From NCBI GenBank assembly GCA_944392775.1, contig CALXXV010000006.1, positions 20,106 to 84,105 of the forward strand: 64,000 bases of DNA, given 5' to 3'. Position 1 is the stretch's first letter. Every line of letters begins with the position of its first letter. The notes under the pieces were generated by a model. The model saw only the letters and a list, made by a program, of their open reading frames with translations. It was not told the DNA's origin and searched no databases. Positions 10,851 through 18,931 of this stretch are shown one piece after another. Made by a program: the position numbers and the translations under genes. The DNA is from an uncultured Alphaproteobacteria bacterium. GTDB lineage: Bacteria; Pseudomonadota; Alphaproteobacteria; Rs-D84.

Positions 10851-12641
10851 CTAAACTTTTAATGCATTTATAAATGCGGACTGTGGAATTTCTACATTTC
10901 CGAAAGTACGCATACGTTTTTTCCCTTCTTTTTGCTTTTCTAAAAGCTTCCTTTTACGAGTAATGTCACCGCCATAACATTTCGCGGTCACATCTTTACG
11001 GTACGCAGCAATGGTTTCACGTGCAATAATTTTTCCACCGATTGCGGCCTGTAATGGAATTTTAAATTGGTGTCTGGGTATTAGATCTTTTAACTTTTCA
11101 ACTATTTGTCGACCGCGTTTTTCTGCAAAACTTCTATGGCACATGAATGACAAAGGTTCTACATTTTCATCGTTTACCAAAATAGAAACTTTTACTAAAT
11201 CAGAGGTCTGATATCCATGCAACACATAATCAAACGACGCATAACCTGACGACAAAGATTTTACTCTGTCATAAAAATCAAATACGATTTCTGCCAAAGG
11301 TAACAAATATACCAACACCGCCCGATTACCTATATAAGAAATATTTTCTTGCACCCCCCGCCGTTCTGAACACAACGACATTATTCCCCCCATATATTTA
11401 TCAGGCATCATAATTGTAGCCCGAACCCAAGGCTCTTCTATAGAGGCTATTTTTGTTAAATCAGGCATATCTGCAGGATTTTCTAAATCCATTATACTTC
11501 CGTCACGCATATGAACTTTATATAAAACGCTTGGGACCGTATTTATTAAGCTTAAATTAAATTCTCTGCGCAAACGTTCGCTTATGATTTCCATATGTAA
11601 AAGCCCAAGGAATCCGCAACGAAGTCCGAACCCCAACGCCGAAGATTTTTCCGTTGTAAAAATAAAAGAAGCATCATTTAAAGCCAGCTTTTCTGCCCCA
11701 TCGCGCAAATTTGGATAATCATCTGCTTCCACAGGAAAGAAAGAAGAAAAAACGACCGGTACAGACGGTTTAAACCCTGGTAAAGGTAAATCTGCAGGAT
11801 TTTTTGCATCTACAATCGTATCACCAACTTTACAATCGTGAATAGTTTTCATACCAGTAATAATGAAACCGATTTCTCCGGCATGCAAAACATCTGAATC
11901 CACCATTTTAGGTGTAAAATAGCCTATTTTTTCTATTGCATATTCTGCACCCGTAGCCATAAATCTTATTTTTTGCCCTCGCTGTAACCGTCCGTCAACA
12001 ACACGCACTAAAATAACAACGCCTAAATAAGAATCATACCATGAATCGACCAACAAAGCACGTGTAGGCGAATTTTCATTTCCCCTTGGCGCGGGTAATT
12101 TTTTTACAATTTCTTCTAATAATTCTGGAACACCTACTCCTGTCTTTCCGGATACACATATTGCATTTTTCGCGTCCAAGCCTATTACATCTGCGATCTG
12201 TTCACGTGTACCTTCTACATCACTGGACGGCAAATCAATTTTATTTAACACAGGTAACATCTCTAAATCATTATCCAAAGCTAAATAAGCATTAGCTAAC
12301 GTTTGCGCCTGAACTCCCTGAGTTGCATCGACAAGAATCAATGCCCCTTCACAAGCTGCTAAGCTACGAGATACTTCATAAGAAAAATCGACATGCCCCG
12401 GTGTATCCATCAAATTCAATTGATAGACTTGCCCATCTTTAGCTTTGTAATTTAAACGAACGGTCTGCGCTTTTATTGTTATGCCCCGTTCACGCTCTAT
12501 ATCCATAGAATCTAATACTTGCGCCTTCATTTCACGTGCTTGCAAACCACCGGTAAATTCGATAAGCCTATCAGATAAAGTTGATTTACCATGATCAATA
12601 TGCGCAACTATTGCAAAATTCCTGATATTTTTCTGATTCAT
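10851..12641 (-). CDS. lepA: Translation factor LepA (EF-4)
   Basis: [24 protein letters not shown] and [18 protein letters not shown]. Confidence 0.98.
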   Translation of the reverse strand: MNQKNIRNFAIVAHIDHGKSTLSDRLIEFTGGLQAREMKAQVLDSMDIERERGITIKAQTVRLNYKAKDGQVYQLNLMDTPGHVDFSYEVSRSLAACEGALILVDATQGVQAQTLANAYLALDNDLEMLPVLNKIDLPSSDVEGTREQIADVIGLDAKNAICVSGKTGVGVPELLEEIVKKLPAPRGNENSPTRALLVDSWYDSYLGVVILVRVVDGRLQRGQKIRFMATGAEYAIEKIGYFTPKMVDSDVLHAGEIGFIITGMKTIHDCKVGDTIVDAKNPADLPLPGFKPSVPVVFSSFFPVEADDYPNLRDGAEKLALNDASFIFTTEKSSALGFGLRCGFLGLLHMEIISERLRREFNLSLINTVPSVLYKVHMRDGSIMDLENPADMPDLTKIASIEEPWVRATIMMPDKYMGGIMSLCSERRGVQENISYIGNRAVLVYLLPLAEIVFDFYDRVKSLSSGYASFDYVLHGYQTSDLVKVSILVNDENVEPLSFMCHRSFAEKRGRQIVEKLKDLIPRHQFKIPLQAAIGGKIIARETIAAYRKDVTAKCYGGDITRKRKLLEKQKEGKKRMRTFGNVEIPQSAFINALKV

Positions 12642-12723
12642 TATCAAACCTTAGATATGCGGCAATAATAAACCAGTATATCAGAATTTGCAAATACTTT
12701 CTAAAAACAAATATTCTTATTTA

Positions 12724-13146
12724 TTAACGAGTAAGATTTTTTGTCATCAAAAAGCTGTTTCCCATAGAAAAATACCCGTTTTTAGTATAAAAATTACGTG
12801 CTTCTGCAGTAGGAGCCCTAAATAAATTTATATTTTTAACAGATTTTCCGATACAATATTTTTCGTATTCTTTAAGTAAAGCCGTTCCGATTCCAGATTT
12901 TTTATAAGGTCTATCAACGTATAAATAGTTAATTTCTGACGTTGCACCGTTTATAACACCTTTGATAAAACCCAAAGGGAAATGTTCACCATTAAAAACG
13001 AACATTATATGTCCACGTCTTTCGACCTCTTCACGTAATGTATGAAATAGTTTTTCCGCTTCATTTGGTCTTGTTTGATCAACGATATAAAAGCAATCAC
13101 TTAATAAAGAAACCGAAATATCATAAACTTGTTTTATTCCTGCCAT
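12724..13146 (-). CDS. GNAT family N-acetyltransferase
   Basis: LYVDRPYKKSGIGTALL (motif A) and ARNFYTKNGY. Confidence 0.85.
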   Translation of the reverse strand: MAGIKQVYDISVSLLSDCFYIVDQTRPNEAEKLFHTLREEVERRGHIMFVFNGEHFPLGFIKGVINGATSEINYLYVDRPYKKSGIGTALLKEYEKYCIGKSVKNINLFRAPTAEARNFYTKNGYFSMGNSFLMTKNLTR

Positions 13147-13502
13147 TATTCTAACTCCAAATTATTTATTATTTTATCTATACGCTCTGCCCGCTCTAAT
13201 GTATCATCATACTCAAAACGTATATCAGGGACGTATTTTTGTTTCATTTTTGCAGCCAATTCATAACGAATAGATTTGGTAACCTCGTCTAAACGTTTTT
13301 GCACCGAATCGACATTTTCACTTCTGGAATAATAAAATAATCTAACAAATTGTAAACCACCATGAGCCACAGCCCCCACTAAAGAAACGCCAGACAGCAA
13401 GATATCATCACCGAAATTATCGCGTAAAATTTCAGCGACCAAAGTCTGTACTTTACTAGCCACGCGGGCCGCTCTATTAGATTCACCTTGTTTTTTTATC
13501 AT
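13146..13502 (-). CDS. rbfA: Ribosome-binding factor A
   Basis: R..RVAS.V...AEIL N-terminus and IRYELA..M..KYVPDIRFEYD.TLERAERI. Confidence 0.88.
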   Translation of the reverse strand: MIKKQGESNRAARVASKVQTLVAEILRDNFGDDILLSGVSLVGAVAHGGLQFVRLFYYSRSENVDSVQKRLDEVTKSIRYELAAKMKQKYVPDIRFEYDDTLERAERIDKIINNLELE

Positions 13503-13581
13503 ATTTATTCCTGTAAAATATTTATGTATTGTAAATTAGTAAATATTTAATTACAATCAAGTAAATTTTTTATTATGGAAG

Positions 13582-14163
13582 GTGAAAATGAAATTTGCTG
13601 AATATATTTTAAAAAAATCAGAAAGTCGCGCTTATTCGTGGATCGTTTTTATTTTAACAATATGTGAATCTATATTTCTTTTTATACCACCAGAAGTTTT
13701 TATGACCCCACCAATAATTGCGAATAAAAAGCGCGCTGTTCCAATTGCTGTTGCGACATCCCTAGGATCTATCGTAGGTGGTGCAATTGCATATATGATC
13801 GGTGCATGGCTTTGGGATTCTATCGGTGTTTGGCTAATAAACACATTTTCAAATCCAGAATTAATAGAAACAGCTATAAAACCGATGTTCAGCAAATATG
13901 GGATTTTGATAATAGTATTGACAGCGGTTACCCCTATTCCATATAAATTACTTGCGATATGGCTTGGGTTCATAGGGTACCCCATTTGGGTATTTTTGGC
14001 GGTATCTGCGATATTCCGCACTGGTCGTTTTGGTATAATTGCTGCGCTACTGTATTTTTTCCAAGAACGAGCAAACGCGATTGTAAAAAAATATTTCTGG
14101 CCCCTAACCATCGGCGCAATCATTGCTGCCGGACTTGGTGTATGTTTAATATCTTTATTTTAA
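13582..14163 (+). CDS. DedA/YqaA (VTT domain) membrane protein
   Basis: ESIF.FIPPE, GSIVGG..AY.IG, TPIPYK and R.GRF motifs. The start may be ATG at 13588. Confidence 0.9.
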   Translation: MKMKFAEYILKKSESRAYSWIVFILTICESIFLFIPPEVFMTPPIIANKKRAVPIAVATSLGSIVGGAIAYMIGAWLWDSIGVWLINTFSNPELIETAIKPMFSKYGILIIVLTAVTPIPYKLLAIWLGFIGYPIWVFLAVSAIFRTGRFGIIAALLYFFQERANAIVKKYFWPLTIGAIIAAGLGVCLISLF

Positions 14164-14222
14164 TTTTTTATAAAAAACGCTAAAAAGTATTTTATTAAAT
14201 ATAAGCTAAAAAATTATTATTA

Positions 14223-14248
14223 AAAAAACCACCATATGGTGGTTTTTT
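14223..14248. terminator. Bidirectional terminator ending the fibre operon
   Basis: AAAAAACCACCA-TA-TGGTGGTTTTTT between convergent genes. Confidence 0.8.
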
Positions 14249-15656
14249 ATTCAACCCAGATGGTTGCATAAGTCGTGGCATTTTCACTGCCGACCGGAAT
14301 TTTAACATTACCTTTTGTGACAGAAACCTTACCATCTGCCTGTGAAACCGCTGTGACAACTGCGCCCGTTCCAGAAGAAGTACTATCCAAAGCAGTAATC
14401 TGAGACTTCGTAGCATAAGTATTAACTATGTTATTCCCGTTTGCATCTGCGGTTGCTTTTGCAGCCGTACCAGATGTACTTAACTTACCTGCCAAAGCAG
14501 AATTTATAACCTTATTCTGAACAGGGTTTGTACTTGTACTGCTTAAAGCGCTATCTACTGTTATTGCTGCCGGGATAGAAGGCTTATCAGTTAAATCATT
14601 ATAAGAACCTGATGTCGCAACTTCTGCCAAATCTGCAGTATTAGCCTTTGCATTCAATGAAGTTGTCAAGCCAGATATCTTTGACTGTGCAATTGCTGCC
14701 GAAGAAGAAATATCTGCATTTGTTATTGTACCGTCTGTTATCATAGCACTGCTGACAGTACCTGTCATAACATTACCCGAACCATCCGTAATTAAAACTT
14801 TATTTGCATTCGTAGAGCCCTGTGCTTTTGCAACCTTTGTATTTGCAGCAGATTGCGCAGCGGACGCAACAGACGCAGCGGAATTAGCCGTACTCTGTGC
14901 AGTTTCTACCGCGCTTTCCACAGTTCCCAATTCTGTTTTTGTTGCATAAGTTGTTGTAATAACATTACCCGATGCGTCTTGTGTTGCTTTTGTAGCATTC
15001 GTTGCATTTGTAGCATTAGTCGCACTAGTTGCGGTTGTTGCAGTATCTGCACTTGCTGCACTATTTACTGTGACAATACCGTCTGTTCCGACAGTTATAT
15101 CACCACCACTTTTTACACCACCCAACTTATCAGATGTAGCCGCAGTTAAGACATAACCTTCTGGCAAATCATCAGCGGTAATAAAACCACTATTATTAGT
15201 CAACTGTGAAGTAGTTGTAGGTACAGTAATATTGATAGTGGCCGGTGATGCCGCATTTGCGGTAAACGTACCGACATTGGAACCATTTTTTTGGATTGTA
15301 AGAGTTGCATTATTTACAGTTGGAATATCCGCAGAATCCGCCTTACCTGCCAAAGCAGTTGCGACTGCTTTTTCAGAAGGGTAAGCCGTATCTGTTGCAG
15401 ATGCAGTTGCACGAACAGTTGTAACTTTATTTTTTGTTTCTTCTGCTGTTATACCTTTTGTTGCAGAAACAGTGCTACCACTAGCAGAAACGGAAGTAAC
15501 AACATTACCTGTTCCACTGGTAGAACCACTAATGCTAGACAAACGTCCATCAACCTGTACATCAACATAGTTTTTGGATGCGATATCTGCATTAGCTGTT
15601 CCCATAGCAAGCATTGCTATTAAAGAAACTGCAAAAAGACCTTTTGTATTCATCAT
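14247..15656 (-). CDS. Secreted fibre-like protein D (phage tail-fibre-type modules)
   Basis: Signal peptide ending ANA; DIASKNYVD; tail-fibre-like motifs IPTVNNATLTIQKNG, SQLTNNSGFIT, ATSDKLGGVK, VATSGSYNDLTDKP and VDSALSSTSTNPVQNKVI. The start at MMNTKG is inferred (the track ORF extends to 15689). Confidence 0.75.
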   Translation of the reverse strand: MMNTKGLFAVSLIAMLAMGTANADIASKNYVDVQVDGRLSSISGSTSGTGNVVTSVSASGSTVSATKGITAEETKNKVTTVRATASATDTAYPSEKAVATALAGKADSADIPTVNNATLTIQKNGSNVGTFTANAASPATINITVPTTTSQLTNNSGFITADDLPEGYVLTAATSDKLGGVKSGGDITVGTDGIVTVNSAASADTATTATSATNATNATNATKATQDASGNVITTTYATKTELGTVESAVETAQSTANSAASVASAAQSAANTKVAKAQGSTNANKVLITDGSGNVMTGTVSSAMITDGTITNADISSSAAIAQSKISGLTTSLNAKANTADLAEVATSGSYNDLTDKPSIPAAITVDSALSSTSTNPVQNKVINSALAGKLSTSGTAAKATADANGNNIVNTYATKSQITALDSTSSGTGAVVTAVSQADGKVSVTKGNVKIPVGSENATTYATIWVE

Positions 15657-15769
15657 TTTTATTCTACCTAAAAAACTGTTTCGTTTCACTATCTAAATCG
15701 CAACTCACACAAACTTTTTTTGATGTGCGATATATTTATGAAATACCGCACATCAAGATACCAACAAGA

Positions 15770-16960
15770 TTATCTTGCAACAACTTCCCATTCATAAACA
15801 GAGTTATTATAAGTCAAAACACACTTATTTGTTGGGTTGTCACAATTAGGATCTGTTGGTTTTGGTATTGCTGCCAAAGCCGCTGTCTTTGCTTCTGTTG
15901 CAGTTTGACTTGCTGTATCAGCAGTAGTCTTTGCCTGTGTTGCAGTCTGACTTGCTGTCTCAGCAGTACTCTTTGCCTGTGTTGCAGTCTCTGTTGCAGT
16001 TGTCGCAGCAGTTGTTGCTTCTTCTGCTGCAGCCGTTGCTGCTGCTGCATCAGACTTCGCCTGTGTTGCATCTGTTTTTGCCTGTGCTGCATCAGATTTT
16101 GCTTGTGTTGCATCTGTCGCTGCAGTTCCTGCTTTAGTATTTACTTCATTAATAGCACCAACAACTGTTTTTGCTGTAGTTGCAAGAGTATTATCTGTTT
16201 TATCTTGCTTCAACGCCAAATCTGCATCAACATCTGCAGTTTTTGCATAATCTGCCAAAGCAGCCTGTTGCAAAGCAGAATCTGCCTTACCCAAAGACGC
16301 CTGAACGTCATCTGCCAATTTTGCTTTTGTTACATTTTTATCTGCAATTTTTGCCGTTGTGACAGCGTTTGCATCAATCTCTGCTGCACTTACTGTGTTT
16401 TTTGCTGCCAAAGCGCCCAAATCTGCTGTATTTGCTTTTGCATCCAAAGCAGAATCTACTTCTGTTTTTGTATAAGCATCTGTGATACCATAACCTTGTA
16501 ATGTTGTGGCTTTATCTGCTTTACCTGTTTGTAAACCAGCAACAGTTCCCTGTAATTCTGTAACATCTTCTTGAACGCCAGACACATTACCAGTTACACT
16601 ATCGATAGCATCTGCAACTGCTTTTACAGATGGATATGACGTATCGTTGGTCGTATTATCACTATACTGTGCAGATTGAATCAATGCCTTATCCTGCTTA
16701 CCTGCCAATCCTTCTGTTAATGCAGTCGTTGTCGCATGTGTTGCAGAAGCAGTTTGCAAAGCATCAATTTCACCTTCTGCAGTTGTTAAACGTTCTCCCT
16801 GACCTGTAACAGTTGAAGTCAAAGCAGTTACGCTTTCTGTTGTTGCTCTTGTACCGACCTGATCGTCAACATAAGTTTTTGATGCGATTTCTGCATTTGC
16901 AGCCCCGACAGTGACAACTGTCAATAATGTTGCAAATATACCTGCTGTTAGTTTTTTCAT
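15770..16960 (-). CDS. Secreted fibre-like protein C (coiled coil, tail-fibre repeats)
   Basis: Signal peptide ending ANA; EIASKTYVDD; TTLQGYGITDAYTKTEVD; VTTAKIADKNVTKAKLA; LATTAKTVVGAINEV; Ala/Thr heptads; strong AGGAAGGA RBS. Confidence 0.8.
   Translation of the reverse strand: MKKLTAGIFATLLTVVTVGAANAEIASKTYVDDQVGTRATTESVTALTSTVTGQGERLTTAEGEIDALQTASATHATTTALTEGLAGKQDKALIQSAQYSDNTTNDTSYPSVKAVADAIDSVTGNVSGVQEDVTELQGTVAGLQTGKADKATTLQGYGITDAYTKTEVDSALDAKANTADLGALAAKNTVSAAEIDANAVTTAKIADKNVTKAKLADDVQASLGKADSALQQAALADYAKTADVDADLALKQDKTDNTLATTAKTVVGAINEVNTKAGTAATDATQAKSDAAQAKTDATQAKSDAAAATAAAEEATTAATTATETATQAKSTAETASQTATQAKTTADTASQTATEAKTAALAAIPKPTDPNCDNPTNKCVLTYNNSVYEWEVVAR
15880..16125 (-). repeat. 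Degenerate 21-bp (heptad) repeats within fibre protein C
   Basis: ATQAKSD/AAQAKTD/ATQAKSD...ATQAKST/AETASQT/ATQAKTT/ADTASQT. Boundaries are approximate. Confidence 0.7.
16704..16793. repeat. 90-bp perfect direct repeat, copy 1 (copy 2 at 17439-17528)
   Basis: Nucleotide-identical segment encoding RLTTAEGEIDALQTASATHATTTALTEGLA in two different genes. Confidence 0.9.
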
Positions 16961-16990
16961 TTTCCTTCCTTTTTTAGTTTAGTTAGTTTT

Positions 16991-18919
16991 TTATTGTGCC
17001 GGCTCTGTTACATTTACCCATTTGAACTGCCCGTCTGTTCCAACAGACAACACACACAAACCGGAATCCGCCATACATTCACCTTCTGGTTGAGGCACCG
17101 CCAGTTCCACAATCTTTTCATTTGTTTCCAGTTTTGTATAAACGTCAGACACGTTTGCTTTACCGGAAATTTCACTAACTAAATCGTCACTTAACTTTTC
17201 TTGCGTCACCGCATTATCAGCAATTTTATCAGTTGTTACCGCACCATTTTCTAACTTGCTGCCGGCAATTGAATTATCATTTATATTGTCTGGATTAACT
17301 GGTAAGCCAGTATCTGATAATTCTGTTATTTTCTTATTTGTCCATTCTACGATTGCACCAACAGATGGGTATACAGTCGGCGAACTTTGATTATCAGCAC
17401 CAATGGTTGTTGCCTTATTTGCAACATTTTCTTTCAACGCCAATCCTTCTGTTAATGCAGTCGTTGTCGCATGTGTTGCAGAAGCAGTTTGCAAAGCATC
17501 AATTTCACCTTCTGCAGTTGTTAAACGTGTACCCTGACTTGTAACTGTTCCTTCCAATGTTGCAACAGATTCTGCACTTGCTTTGTCTGCAATATCTGCC
17601 TGTAATTGTTCAACATCTGCTGCCAAACCTGTTTCTGGGTCAGTAATTTGTTCTACTTGCTGTGTTATATTCGTTATATTTTCTGTAATACTTTCAACAG
17701 CACTTGCATCCGCTTTTGCACCTAAAGCAGTACGAACTGCAACCGCAGACGGGTATTGATCCGCAGTAGATTCTGCCGTTATTTCTTGTATTTTATTATC
17801 TTTATCTTCTTTTTTCGCCAAGTCTGCCGCATCTGCTTTTTGACTTACAGTTTCTGCCAAAGATGATACAGAACTCTCCAAACCGATAACGGCTTCTTGT
17901 GCAGCCGCCACATCTGTAACAGCCTGTTCTACCTGTGCGCCAAGACCAGTTTCTTCGTTATTAATTGTATCACCTAACTGCGTCACCTGTTGTGTCACAT
18001 TTGTAATATTCTGATTTATTTCTTCGATATCAGTTGTTGTGACATAATTTTCCAACGCACTTGTATCTGCCTTACCCTGCAACGCCGTATGAACTGCTGC
18101 CGCAGACGGATATTGTTCTGATGTAGATGATGCATCAATAGTCTGCGTTTTATTATTTTTGTCTTCTTTGCCTGCAATAGTTGTACTTAAATCTTGGCTC
18201 AACTTATCTTCTGTTACCGCCTCATCAGCGATCTTATCAGTTGTCACTGCGCCATTTTCCAACTTACTACCTGCAATAGAATTATCATTTATATTATCTG
18301 GATTAACTGGTAAGCCCGTATCCGATAATTCTGTTATTTTCTTATTTGTCCATTCTACGATTGCACCAACTGATGGGTATGCGGTAGAAGAGCTTTGATT
18401 ATCCGCACCAATAGTTGTCGCCTTATTATCTTTATCTTCTTTTGTTGCAAGGTCTGCCGCATCTGCTTTCTGTTGGACCGATGTTGATAAAGAAGAAACC
18501 GATCCCTGTAATGTATCTATTTCACCTTCTGCTGTTGTCAAACGTTGAGCTTGGCTTGCAACATCGCCCCCCAATGTCGTTACGGTCTCTTGTATCGTAT
18601 CAACAGCATCCTTTGCACTGGAAGCATCTGTAACCGCTTTATCAACCTGTGCACCAAGACCTGTTTCTTCATTATTAATCGTATTACCTAACTGCGTCAC
18701 CTGCTGTGTCACAGTAGTAACATTTTCTGTTATTTGATTAACAGTTTCCTGTTTGGCATAATTCTGTTCTACATTTTCTAATATAGTTGTTTCTTTATCA
18801 TCAACATATTTTTGACTAGCAATTCTAACAGGGTCACCGCTGGTTGCAGCATTGACATTGCCAACCCCCAGCAACAATGATGCTAAAAAACCAGAAAAAA
18901 CTAAATTCATTTTCTTCAT
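16991..18919 (-). CDS. Secreted fibre-like protein B with internal duplications
   Basis: Signal peptide ending VNA; RIASQKYVDD; repeated KEDKxNK...YPS modules; NGAVTTDKIAD repeats; Cys-pair C-terminus. Confidence 0.8.
   Translation of the reverse strand: MKKMNLVFSGFLASLLLGVGNVNAATSGDPVRIASQKYVDDKETTILENVEQNYAKQETVNQITENVTTVTQQVTQLGNTINNEETGLGAQVDKAVTDASSAKDAVDTIQETVTTLGGDVASQAQRLTTAEGEIDTLQGSVSSLSTSVQQKADAADLATKEDKDNKATTIGADNQSSSTAYPSVGAIVEWTNKKITELSDTGLPVNPDNINDNSIAGSKLENGAVTTDKIADEAVTEDKLSQDLSTTIAGKEDKNNKTQTIDASSTSEQYPSAAAVHTALQGKADTSALENYVTTTDIEEINQNITNVTQQVTQLGDTINNEETGLGAQVEQAVTDVAAAQEAVIGLESSVSSLAETVSQKADAADLAKKEDKDNKIQEITAESTADQYPSAVAVRTALGAKADASAVESITENITNITQQVEQITDPETGLAADVEQLQADIADKASAESVATLEGTVTSQGTRLTTAEGEIDALQTASATHATTTALTEGLALKENVANKATTIGADNQSSPTVYPSVGAIVEWTNKKITELSDTGLPVNPDNINDNSIAGSKLENGAVTTDKIADNAVTQEKLSDDLVSEISGKANVSDVYTKLETNEKIVELAVPQPEGECMADSGLCVLSVGTDGQFKWVNVTEPAQ
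17439..17528. repeat. 90-bp perfect direct repeat, copy 2
   Basis: Identical to 16704-16793. Confidence 0.9.
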
Positions 18920-18931
18920 TGTTTAAACCCC

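Noticed and set aside
15614-16501. 295-aa extremely Cys-rich ORF on the + strand (similar ones at 14853-15149, 15291-15623 and 19509-19934)
   Set aside because: Antisense shadow of the GCA/ACA (Ala/Thr) codons in the fibre genes; no RBS or independent coding signal.
16704-17528. DGR template/variable repeat pair
   Set aside because: The copies are identical with no adenine-specific mismatches, both are in-frame coding, and no reverse transcriptase is in the window.
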